Positions 8,865 to 17,606 of a DNA stretch of 63,219 nt are shown piece after piece. The notes under the pieces are model-generated. The model worked only from the letters and a program-made list of their open reading frames with translations. It was not told the origin of the DNA and did no database searches. The stretch is from an uncultured Spirochaetaceae bacterium (GTDB taxonomy: Bacteria; Spirochaetota; Spirochaetia; SZUA-6; RPPD01): the NCBI GenBank assembly GCA_964514135.1, contig CAZEPL010000001.1, positions 6,930-70,148 of the forward strand. Reading direction: 5' to 3'. Position numbers and translations under genes: made by a program. Position 1 is the stretch's first letter. Every line of letters starts with the position of its first letter.

Positions 8865-8947
8865 CTACTTTTAAACGTTAATTATTCTTAAAGCTCTCAT
8901 TTTTTAATCCATTATGAAAGAGCTGGAATGGACGGAAAATCGTTACC

Positions 8948-8976
8948 TTGACAAACATAATTACGATATTTATAAT
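8948..8976 (+). promoter_or_regulatory. Consensus sigma70 promoter of the HEPN-MNT module
   Basis: TTGACA-N17-TATAAT. Confidence 0.8.
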
Positions 8977-8984
8977 TCACACTA

Positions 8985-9388
8985 TTGAAAGATGCTATCC
9001 AACAAAAAATATCTTACTGGATTGAATCAGCTGATTCCGATTTTGAAGCTGCCAAAATATTATTAATTAATGATAAATATTTACAATCACTTTTTTACTG
9101 AAATCTTGTAATTGAAAAAGCACTCAAAGCATATTATTGGTATATAAATGAAAAAGAACCTCCCTATACTCATAATCTAATTATTCTTTCATCTAAAAGT
9201 AAAATAGATAAAATAATGAGAGAAGAACACAAAAGGACAATCGACATTTTAATGCCTTTAAATATAAAAGACGATATCCCGATGAGGAAAAGGAACTATT
9301 AAAGGTATATACTAGTGATAAAATAAAAGAAATCTTTGATAAAACAGAGGAATTATATAAATGGATTCTGAAGCTATTGAAAAAATAA
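8985..9388 (+). pseudogene. HEPN-domain protein pseudogene
   Basis: Manual translation (M)KDAIQQKISYWIESADSDFEAAKILL...LFY*NLVIEKALKAYY...PPYTHNLIIL...LNIK, then a frameshift to RYPDEEKELL...WILKLLKK*. Confidence 0.8.
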
Positions 9389-9669
9389 AAAAATATGCTG
9401 ATATTATTACGGCAAAACATCCTGTAAAGATGATCATTCTTTACGGCTCATATGCAAAAGGAATTGAAAAAAAAGACAGTGACATAGATGTTGCTGTTGT
9501 AATAAATCAAATCGATAACAAGTATTTTGAATTAACTGCTGATTTATATAAAGCAGTAAGAGAGGTTGATGAAAGAATAGAACCCAATCTGATCTTTATT
9601 AAAAACAATCGAAGCGGTTTTTTAGAAAGTATTTTAAAATACGGAAAGGTAATTTATAAAAAGACATAA
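9361..9669 (+). CDS. Minimal nucleotidyltransferase (MNT) antitoxin-like protein
   Basis: ILYGSYAKG...DSDIDVAVV and GKVIY motifs. Confidence 0.9.
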   Translation: MDSEAIEKIKKYADIITAKHPVKMIILYGSYAKGIEKKDSDIDVAVVINQIDNKYFELTADLYKAVREVDERIEPNLIFIKNNRSGFLESILKYGKVIYKKT

Positions 9670-9684
9670 TTTCCTGAACAAACC

Positions 9685-9717
9685 CACGGCCCCGGCCACA
9701 CACCGGGGCTTTTTTAT
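9685..9717 (+). terminator. Intrinsic terminator, copy 2 of the 33-bp repeat
   Basis: GCCCCGG-ccacaca-CCGGGGC then T6. Confidence 0.8.
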
Positions 9718-9905
9718 TGCTTTTTAAATCAAAATAGCATAATAATTGGAATAGGACGATCAATAGTTCCGGTAGCTTTATGAGAGTAATGATAAAAACT
9801 ACATAAAGCTCGCGAGGATCACAGAACCCTCCGTGTCCTCCGTGAGCTTTGTGTGAGCCGAATTCGTAAACTTTGGCCACTGCTTATTATATAAAAGGAG
9901 TACCT

Positions 9906-10328
9906 ATGAAATCTGTTTTTGCACTTTTTTTGCTGTTTCTTCTGCTTGGCACCGCAGCGTGCCGGGATGAGAACAAGGAAACTGCGCCGCTGCTTGAGAA
10001 TGTCCAGTCGAATGAACCGTTTGCTTTTTTTAATGACATAGATTCGGTCCGCGGTAAGACAGCGGATGATCCGCCGGCTACTTTTATCGCCGAACTATCT
10101 CTGGGTTATAAAAAGGGAGATACACAAACACAATCGGAGTTAATAGAGAAAAAACCGCAGATTCAAAATACCATATTAAAGTATTTAAGCGGTAAAAAAG
10201 CCGACGAGCTGCATCCTAAGAATTTCGAGACCATGCAACAAGAACTGGTAACTGAAATAAACAGGCTGTTAACCAAAGGAAAACTGCGCGTTTTATTGTT
10301 TCAGGAACTCCAGGCCTTTGCACCCTGA
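9906..10328 (+). CDS. fliL: Flagellar basal body-associated FliL-family lipoprotein
   Basis: Lipobox-like LGTAAC; FIAELSLGY...ELIEKKPQIQNTILKYLSGK...EINRLLTKG FliL pattern. Start after AAGGAG. Confidence 0.75.
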   Translation: MKSVFALFLLFLLLGTAACRDENKETAPLLENVQSNEPFAFFNDIDSVRGKTADDPPATFIAELSLGYKKGDTQTQSELIEKKPQIQNTILKYLSGKKADELHPKNFETMQQELVTEINRLLTKGKLRVLLFQELQAFAP

Positions 10329-10418
10329 TGAGGATTTCTCCATACCAGTCGTGCGCACCACTCATACAATTTTAAAGTATCACTTGAAATTTGTATGAAT
10401 ATATTTTATCATATACTT

Positions 10419-11573
10419 ATGATTAAACGGCAGCAGCAGGTAGAGCTATTAAATCTATCCAAACAATATCCTGTGATTACAATTACCGGCCCTCGACAGG
10501 CCGGTAAAACAACCCTTGCACAAATGACATTTCCTGAATACCAGTACTGTAATCTTGAGTTGCCAGAGTTGAGGAGCCTCGCTAAAAAAGACCCAAAAGC
10601 GCTTTTTCACTCTTTTCCCGCTCCTGTTATTATTGATGAGATCCAGCGGGTGCCGGAGCTTCTCTCTTATATCCAGGTTTTCGCAGACAGGACTGAAAAA
10701 AAAGGTCAGTATATTTTGACAGGCAGTCATCAAATGCTTCTGCTTGATTCAATTACTCAGTCATTAGCCGGCAGGACGGCTTTGTTAAACCTTTTTCCTC
10801 TTTCCATTAAAGAACTTGCTGATGAAGGCATTATTTATTCATATGATGAATATATCTACAAAGGATTTCTTCCTCGTATATACAAAGATAACTTGGAACC
10901 TACCAGAGCCTACAGGAATTATTTTCAAACCTATGTGGAAAGAGATGTCAGGCAACTGGTAAATATCAAAAACATAACGTATTTTGAGAATTTCATCCGT
11001 ATGCTCGCGGGGCGCGCGGGGCAGTTGTTGAATTTATCTTCCCTTGCAAATGATATTGGAATATCCAGCACCACTCTTTCCCAGTGGCTCTCTGTGCTTG
11101 AGGCATCATTTATTATATTCCGCATAAAACCATTCTTTAAGAATTTCGGTAAAAGGATTGTTAAATCTCCCAAGCTGTATTTTACGGATATAGGGCTCGC
11201 ATCATATTTAATCGGTATAAATGATATTAGGCAGGTAAACAGAGACCCCCTGCTTGGCGGTTTGTTTGAAAATCTTGTAGTTATGGAGGCCGTGAAAGCA
11301 AGAATGAATCAAGGACTTGATCCTGATCTGTATTTTTTCAGAGATAATAATCAGCATGAAGTGGATCTTATATATAAACGAGGGAGGGAATTGATTCCGA
11401 TAGAAATCAAATCTGCCATGACCTATAATAATGACCTTATCAAAAATGTATTGTACTTTAATAAAATCAATAAATCACCGGGGGCATATCTTGTGTATAA
11501 TGGAGATTTGGTATTGAAGCAGGGAGATATTGATATAATAAATTTTAAGGATACTTATAAGATTTTTATCTAG
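10419..11573 (+). CDS. AAA_14 ATPase with DUF4143 domain
   Basis: ITGPRQAGKTT, IIDEIQR, ILTGS, KSPKLYFTDIG, HEVDLI and IEIKS (PD-(D/E)xK-like tail). Confidence 0.9.
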   Translation: MIKRQQQVELLNLSKQYPVITITGPRQAGKTTLAQMTFPEYQYCNLELPELRSLAKKDPKALFHSFPAPVIIDEIQRVPELLSYIQVFADRTEKKGQYILTGSHQMLLLDSITQSLAGRTALLNLFPLSIKELADEGIIYSYDEYIYKGFLPRIYKDNLEPTRAYRNYFQTYVERDVRQLVNIKNITYFENFIRMLAGRAGQLLNLSSLANDIGISSTTLSQWLSVLEASFIIFRIKPFFKNFGKRIVKSPKLYFTDIGLASYLIGINDIRQVNRDPLLGGLFENLVVMEAVKARMNQGLDPDLYFFRDNNQHEVDLIYKRGRELIPIEIKSAMTYNNDLIKNVLYFNKINKSPGAYLVYNGDLVLKQGDIDIINFKDTYKIFI

Positions 11574-11696
11574 GCCAATAATGTGAGCCCTGTAAAAATG
11601 CAGGATACGGAACAGGAGATGCTGCCTGTTATTAATAAGCTGCTGACCAAAGGCCGGGTGAGAGTTGTGCTTTTCAGGGAGTTCTATGTGTTTTAA
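11574..11696 (+). pseudogene. Orphan C-terminal fragment of a FliL homolog
   Basis: ANNVSPVKMQDTEQEMLPVINKLLTKGRVRVVLFREFYVF* aligns with FliL ADELHPKNFETMQQELVTEINRLLTKGKLRVLLFQELQAFAP*. Confidence 0.75.
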
Positions 11697-11814
11697 TTTT
11701 AGTTAGAAGGCGTTTATTTTTACTCTTATTATCTTTTAACTCTAAAAGTATAATACATTGTCGGATTACGGTTATTTATTCCCCTTTAATAATATAATTA
11801 TAATTTGCTTGATA

Positions 11815-11859
11815 ATATGAGTTAAAGTTCATATATTAAATATGAAATTTAGTTCATAT
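11815..11859. promoter_or_regulatory. Two palindromic operators ATATGA(A/G)-N6-TTCATAT
   Basis: ATATGAGttaaagTTCATAT (11815-11834) and ATATGAAatttagTTCATAT (11840-11859). Confidence 0.75.
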
Positions 11860-11880
11860 TTCTAAAAGGAGGAATTGACA

Positions 11881-12462
11881 ATGAGTAATGAACAGCAGAG
11901 TACCGCTGTAGATAACTCCATGAGGTTGGGAAAGTTTGAATTCATGGCTATGAATAATTTTTTTAGGCGCTGGCTACATAAGCATATAGAATTCAAAATA
12001 TTTTATAAGCTGCTCCTTAAACACCGGGTCGATCTTCGGGGAAAAATAATTATGGATGCCGGCTGCGGCTCCGGGTACAGCACACAGCTTTTAGTACAGA
12101 CATATGAGCCTGAAAAAATTATTGCGTTTGATTATATGCCGGAACAAATTGCTTTGGCAAAAAAACGCGGTTTAAATGCGGATTTTTCAGTAGGGGATAT
12201 GACAAATATAAAGCTTAAAGACGGCGTATGTGATGCCGTGTTTATTTTCGGAGTGCTTCATCATATTCCTGCTTGGGCAAAAGCCCTTTGTGAGGTAGCA
12301 CGCACCTTAAAACCGGGTGGGCATTTACTGCTGGAAGAACCTCATTTTGGATTTAGTTGGCAGGAGCTGGAAGCGGAACTAAGAATCGTCGGATTTCGGA
12401 TTGTGGATCAAAAGCATTTCTCGTTTGGTTATTTTCGCAGCTATTTATGCAGAAAAATCTAA
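11881..12462 (+). CDS. Class I SAM-dependent methyltransferase
   Basis: MDAGCGSG motif I, FDY, VGDM, LHHIP, LKPGG. Confidence 0.9.
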   Translation: MSNEQQSTAVDNSMRLGKFEFMAMNNFFRRWLHKHIEFKIFYKLLLKHRVDLRGKIIMDAGCGSGYSTQLLVQTYEPEKIIAFDYMPEQIALAKKRGLNADFSVGDMTNIKLKDGVCDAVFIFGVLHHIPAWAKALCEVARTLKPGGHLLLEEPHFGFSWQELEAELRIVGFRIVDQKHFSFGYFRSYLCRKI

Positions 12463-12607
12463 TGAATTGAATGCTATTATTGCTGAGCTTCTTGCAAAAA
12501 TGTTATTTTTGCAAGAAGCTCCTAAAATGGAAATTGCTAAATTATTATGGTATAAAGAATAAGTATTTTACTAACTTAATATATTTTGAGTTTTGCAATT
12601 TCCTCTG

Positions 12608-13234
12608 CTATACAAAGATATATCTGGCCAGCATATGTACCAGCTCATCTATCAAACTTTCTTGATTAATGTTTTCATATAATTTTTGGGAATGTTTCAC
12701 GATATGGACGATTTGATCAATGGTTGTCACAATCAGGACCGCGGCTGTTTCGTAATCGTTAATTTTCGTTAGTGCTCCGAACCGCTTCAAGATTTGTTCC
12801 GTACTCTTAAAACTCTTGGTTTCCCATATGCGGTGTGCGAGCGCTACATCGGGATCTGAATGCATTATTGAGCCGATCTCCTCATGCAGGTCGGGGAAGA
12901 TATCATGAGCTTTTAAAACCGGTTTGATAAAAGAGCGTACGAGCCGGTATTTGTCTTTCGGAATAAACTCAACAGTGTCCATAAGGGTGAAAAGATTTTT
13001 AAAAACCTGCTCAAAATGGATATTAACAACCTCTAAAAAAAGATCCTTTTTATCCTGAAAATAGGCATAAAACGTGCCAATAGAAACACCCGCCTGGTCG
13101 GCGAGTTCTTTGGAGTTTGTTTTATAGAATCCTTTTTCTGAAAACAGCTTAAATCCCGCGTCAATTATCTTCTGTTTCTTTTCGACGGAGCGTTCCTGTT
13201 GAGGCGTACGTTTTGTTTTATTCTCGGGGTTCAT
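12608..13234 (-). CDS. TetR/AcrR-family transcriptional regulator
   Basis: KIIDAGFKLFSEKGFYKTNSKELADQAGVSIGTFYAYFQDKKDL. Start placed at ATG 13234, because the longer ORF overlaps promoter DNA. Confidence 0.9.
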   Translation of the reverse strand: MNPENKTKRTPQQERSVEKKQKIIDAGFKLFSEKGFYKTNSKELADQAGVSIGTFYAYFQDKKDLFLEVVNIHFEQVFKNLFTLMDTVEFIPKDKYRLVRSFIKPVLKAHDIFPDLHEEIGSIMHSDPDVALAHRIWETKSFKSTEQILKRFGALTKINDYETAAVLIVTTIDQIVHIVKHSQKLYENINQESLIDELVHMLARYIFV

Positions 13235-13285
13235 AATTATTCTTAAGTAAAATTTATATAGTTGCCGCTTGTTTGTCAATGAAAA

Positions 13286-13368
13286 ATATGAATAAAAGTT
13301 CATTTTTTTGTTTGACAATGTGAATAAGAGTTTGTATACTATGTGACAATATGAATAAAAGTTCATAT
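13286..13368. promoter_or_regulatory. Sigma70 promoter of the MMPL operon flanked by two palindromic operators
   Basis: TTGACA (13312)-N17-TATACT (13335); ATATGAAtaaaagTTCATTT (13286-13305) and ATATGAAtaaaagTTCATAT (13349-13368). Confidence 0.8.
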
Positions 13369-13458
13369 TCATAATTGATAGGGGTTGGAATTTTTTAAAC
13401 GCAAATATGAACAAGACATTTTATTCGTATTTACGCATAATTCTTATGAGGAGTAACT

Positions 13459-15930
13459 ATGAAAAACAATAAAATCGGCCGCGGGGCATCAAGAATCGGT
13501 ATGAATGTTATCGTAAAGTACAAATGGATTTTTTTCCTTGGCATCGCTATGCTGGTTGTGTTGGGTTATCTGGGTTTGGATAAAATCGTAATGGATAATT
13601 CCAACGAATCTATGTTCGAAAAGAGCGATGAGGTTAATATTAAGCTCCAGCAGTTTCATGAGATCTTCGGTAATGAAGATTTTGTGTTTGTCATGGTAGA
13701 GGCGGATAATATATTTACCCCGGAGGCCCTCGCTTACATAAAGCGCCTGAGTGATGATCTGGAGCAGAATCTGCCCTTCGCCAAAAGAGTAACATCCGTG
13801 ACCCACATGGAATACCTTGATGTTGTAGACGGCGATCTTTATGTTGATGATTTAATTGCCGCTGACATACCGGAAGATCCTGCCGAGCTTAATCAAATCA
13901 AAAACAAGTTGCTGGCAAAACAAGTATATGTGGATCGTCTGCTGTCCAAGGATGGCAAAAAAACCGGCATCTTTATCGAGTTTGAAACCGTACCCGAAAC
14001 TGTATACGTTCCGCTGCTAAAAACAGGGGCAGGCCCGCAAGAAACCGCTATGCAGGGGGATATTTATTTTGAAGAGGAACTTGAGGATAAAAGCGCGTAT
14101 TCAAATATAGTGGAACCTAAAAAACTTATTGCGCCTGCTCTGGATTTGATTTTGCAGCGAAATCAGTATGATGGCTGCATAGTCACGGCAACGGGTATGC
14201 CCGTAACCGAATATAAAATCGATGAGACCATTATCTCGGAAACCGGCAGAACCTTTCTCATCACTTTACTCATCTGCATCATACTCCTGTTTGCTATTTT
14301 TCGCTTTCCTGCGGCTGTGATGGCCCCGGTTATTGTGATTATTGCCACTACCATTATTACTTTTGGACTTCTGGGCTGGCTGGGTATTCCGCTTTCATCT
14401 TTTATTGTCATCCTGGCCTGTTTACTGTTGATCATAGCGGTTAGTTATTCCATTCACATCATCAATCACTTTAAAAGGAATTATAAACTGACCGGTAAGC
14501 GTAAAGAATCTGTTCGCTATGCTTATGAGCATGCAAGCTGGCCCTGCTTACTTACTGCGCTTACCACCGCTGTGGGGTTTGCTTCCTTTATTTTTGTACC
14601 TATGGTTCCACTGCGCAACCTGGGTATGGCCAGCGCTCTGGGTGTGCTTATCAGTTATATCCTGGTTATGATCCTGATACCGATCTTTCTCTCTTTTGGT
14701 AAAGATAAAACAATAACAATCGGGGCCAAGGCTAAGAAAGATGCAGCCACTACCGATAACACACGCTCAAGCCGCTTTATGCAGAAGTGGGCGGATCGAG
14801 TGTTGAAGAGTGCTCTGCCCGTAGGTGTTATAAGTGCTGCTCTATTATTAATAATACCTTTTTTCATTTCACAAATCGAAGCGGATTCCGATTTCATACA
14901 CCTGTTCGGAGATCGCAATGAATTTGTACGTGATGCCAAGCATGTAACCAATAATCTGGGCGCACTTTACTCTTATGAGGTGTTAATTGAGCTGCCTGAA
15001 GCGGAGATGGCCCAGGAACCGGAAGTGTTGGGAGCGCTTGAAGATCTGGAACAGCTCATTGATGGTTATGATACAACCAAGCGCACAATGAGTATTAATG
15101 ATCTTCTGAAAGATATCAATATGACCATGAACAATAACGATAAAAGTTATTACGCGATCCCTGATAATAGAGAGCTTATTGCGCAGTATCTGCTTTTATA
15201 CGATATGTCGGGAGGAGGCGAACTGGCAAACTGGGTTGACTACAACAACCAGTATTTGCGCCTTTCCGTACAGGTAAAACGTTCTACTACAACTCTCCGT
15301 GAGGTCTTTAAAGAGATTGAGGCTTTTGCCCAAAAGAGATTCCCTTTTAATGCCAAGGTGACGATTACGGGCGATATGTCCATTTTCATAAAATCGGTGG
15401 GAGCCCTGGTTGACGGCCAGATTATTTCAATTTTTATAGCTTTTTTAGGGATCTCCTTGATGATGATGCTTGTGCTGCGCTCTATCCCTGTGGGCTTATT
15501 ATCCATGATACCTAATGTGCTGCCTGTGCTCATTGTTGCCGGATTGATGGGGCTTTTTAACATCACTTTGAACATGATGACCATAGTAGTGGCGCCACTT
15601 TTAATTGGTATCGCAGTTGATGATACCGTGCATTACTTTGTGCACTTTAAAGAAGAGTTTAAAACACGCAGGTCTTACCGTCGGGCCAACAGGGAGACCT
15701 TCAGGAAGATCGGCTGGGCGCTGGTATTTACTTCGCTAATCCTGATGATAGGTTTTTCCGCCTTTTTGTTCACAAGTATCGACAGTATTATCCAGCTGGC
15801 CGTTCTGCTTACCATAGGTATAGGCGTGGCACTGGCAGCGGATTTGTTGATTACTCCGGTGCTGTTTGTATTCTTAAAACCATTTGGTAAAGAAGAGGAT
15901 AAAAAAAACAACAAGCAGCTTGTCGCTTAA
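13459..15930 (+). CDS. MMPL-family (RND superfamily) transporter
   Basis: Two membrane repeats with AVSYSIHI and GIAVDDTVHY motifs and large periplasmic loops. Confidence 0.9.
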   Translation: MKNNKIGRGASRIGMNVIVKYKWIFFLGIAMLVVLGYLGLDKIVMDNSNESMFEKSDEVNIKLQQFHEIFGNEDFVFVMVEADNIFTPEALAYIKRLSDDLEQNLPFAKRVTSVTHMEYLDVVDGDLYVDDLIAADIPEDPAELNQIKNKLLAKQVYVDRLLSKDGKKTGIFIEFETVPETVYVPLLKTGAGPQETAMQGDIYFEEELEDKSAYSNIVEPKKLIAPALDLILQRNQYDGCIVTATGMPVTEYKIDETIISETGRTFLITLLICIILLFAIFRFPAAVMAPVIVIIATTIITFGLLGWLGIPLSSFIVILACLLLIIAVSYSIHIINHFKRNYKLTGKRKESVRYAYEHASWPCLLTALTTAVGFASFIFVPMVPLRNLGMASALGVLISYILVMILIPIFLSFGKDKTITIGAKAKKDAATTDNTRSSRFMQKWADRVLKSALPVGVISAALLLIIPFFISQIEADSDFIHLFGDRNEFVRDAKHVTNNLGALYSYEVLIELPEAEMAQEPEVLGALEDLEQLIDGYDTTKRTMSINDLLKDINMTMNNNDKSYYAIPDNRELIAQYLLLYDMSGGGELANWVDYNNQYLRLSVQVKRSTTTLREVFKEIEAFAQKRFPFNAKVTITGDMSIFIKSVGALVDGQIISIFIAFLGISLMMMLVLRSIPVGLLSMIPNVLPVLIVAGLMGLFNITLNMMTIVVAPLLIGIAVDDTVHYFVHFKEEFKTRRSYRRANRETFRKIGWALVFTSLILMIGFSAFLFTSIDSIIQLAVLLTIGIGVALAADLLITPVLFVFLKPFGKEEDKKNNKQLVA

Positions 15931-15954
15931 AATACTTACTTTAGGAGGATTGTT

Positions 15955-16725
15955 ATGAAGAAGAAAACATTATTTTTCATTGTGTTCATGTTATGTGTAA
16001 TTATGGCCGGTTTTCCTCAAGCAAACAGGGGGGCCGGTATCGCTAAAATGACATTTGAGCTTTTGGAATCCAACGATGATTATTCCCTTGTTACTATGGT
16101 GCTTATTGATAGCAGGGGTAATCAAAAAACGCGTAAGTTCAAGATGTATACAAAGCAGGGAAGCCAAGGACGAAACAGCTTTATTGAGTTTGTGGAACCT
16201 GCTGACGTAAAAGGCACAAGATTTTTAACTATTGCCCATAAAAATGCAGATGATGAGCAGAGACTTTATCTGCCTGCACTGGGTAAGGTGCGTAAAATAT
16301 CTTCCTCAAAAAAGGACGCTAAGTTTATGGGTTCGGATCTCTACTACTATGATATGGAAGACAGGGATTACGAGGAGTTTACCTATAATTATGTGGGCGA
16401 AGAGGTGTTCAGAGGTATGAACTGTTATGTGATTGAATCCTTGCCCAAAGACAGCGCTGCGCCCTACTCCAAAATGATGATGTGGGTGAATAAAGAGAAC
16501 TATTTCGTTTATAAAAGGGATTGTTACGACAGCAAGCAGCAAAGAAGACTGCTTAAAAGCATTATAATTCTGGAGGTTAAGAATAAAGGAGGAGTCCTTA
16601 CAGGAACAAAGATGGTGATAGAAAATCATATTGAGAACCATAAGACCCTGTTGGAAAGAGATAATCTCTACATAAACACCGGAATAGACGACAGTATTTT
16701 TTCGGTGCAGAACCTGACAAAATAA
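15955..16725 (+). CDS. Outer-membrane lipoprotein-sorting (LolA-like) protein
   Basis: PADVKGTRFL...DEQRLYLPALGKVRKI...FMGSDLYYYD motifs; typical MMPL partner. Confidence 0.85.
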   Translation: MKKKTLFFIVFMLCVIMAGFPQANRGAGIAKMTFELLESNDDYSLVTMVLIDSRGNQKTRKFKMYTKQGSQGRNSFIEFVEPADVKGTRFLTIAHKNADDEQRLYLPALGKVRKISSSKKDAKFMGSDLYYYDMEDRDYEEFTYNYVGEEVFRGMNCYVIESLPKDSAAPYSKMMMWVNKENYFVYKRDCYDSKQQRRLLKSIIILEVKNKGGVLTGTKMVIENHIENHKTLLERDNLYINTGIDDSIFSVQNLTK

Positions 16726-16812
16726 TTTTTATATTCGGGTAATTTGGAATGGAGCAGTTACGCTCCATTCGAACATATGAAAAAAATTTATTATTATAAG
16801 AGGGGTAATACA

Positions 16813-17433
16813 ATGATAAATGAAAGGGCATACTGGAATAATGATGCAAAAAATTATGAGGCCCGTGTAGATAAGTCGCATAAAGCATATGAAAAGATAA
16901 TTGATTATATTAAGAAGGAGATTAATAAGGATATGCTCCTTCTAGATATTGGAACAGGAACAGGTGAAATTCCTATTAATATTAGTAATAATGTAAAAAA
17001 CATTGAAGCAATTGATTACTCATTTGAAATGATTAAAATCGCCAAACAAAAAGCTAAAATAAAAGGAATAAAAAATATTTCCTTTTCTGTTCAAGATAGT
17101 AATAATTTAATCTATAAAGATAATACATTTGATGTCATTACTATAATAAATTTACTCCACATTATTCCAAAACCAGAAAAAGTCATAGAAGAAGCAAAAA
17201 GGTTAATTAAAAATTATGGTAAAATTATTATTGCATCATATTTGCATAATGAGAATATAAAAAGCAGATTGATATCTTGTATTATGAAAAGGAAAGGGCA
17301 TCCGATATTTACTAAATATAATAGTAATACAATTTTTAGTTTTATTGAAAACTGTTCTTTAAACATTACTTTTAAAGAAAAGCTTTCAAATATAATGCCA
17401 ATATTATATTTAATAGCTTTAAGACAATATTAA
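16813..17433 (+). CDS. Class I SAM-dependent methyltransferase (AT-rich insert)
   Basis: LLDIGTGTG, IDYS, FDVI, LLHII; much more AT-rich than its neighbours. Confidence 0.85.
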   Translation: MINERAYWNNDAKNYEARVDKSHKAYEKIIDYIKKEINKDMLLLDIGTGTGEIPINISNNVKNIEAIDYSFEMIKIAKQKAKIKGIKNISFSVQDSNNLIYKDNTFDVITIINLLHIIPKPEKVIEEAKRLIKNYGKIIIASYLHNENIKSRLISCIMKRKGHPIFTKYNSNTIFSFIENCSLNITFKEKLSNIMPILYLIALRQY

Positions 17434-17606
17434 TATGAGAAATTGACTTAAACATCGCTTGCAATGTTTTTATACTGTGCTTATAAACTCGATTAAGCAT
17501 CGACACATCCAACCACAAAATCGAAGATTTTATGGTAAAATACTTATGCAGCACGTATTCGAAAATCGTAAAGATTAAAGAATATTATAGCAAACAATGA
17601 GAGGAG

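Noticed and set aside
8985-9388. Selenocysteine at the TGA that replaces a Cys in HEPN
   Set aside because: The same gene has a frameshift, and no SECIS-like hairpin is evident after the TGA.
9825-9860. CTCCGTGTCCTCCGTG short tandem motif upstream of fliL
   Set aside because: A single short copy in the window; it may be a dispersed element, but this cannot be supported here.
12608-13414. 268-aa long form of TetR; likewise the extended starts at 2354, 7363, 8227, 9873, 16744, 21229, 40162 and 47176
   Set aside because: The extensions run through promoter/operator DNA or upstream genes; internal starts have clear RBSs or better domain boundaries.
16740-17600. Integron cassette / attC sites around the AT-rich methyltransferase and TA modules
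   Set aside because: No RYYYAAC...GTTRRRY pairs with proper inverted-repeat structure, and no intI.
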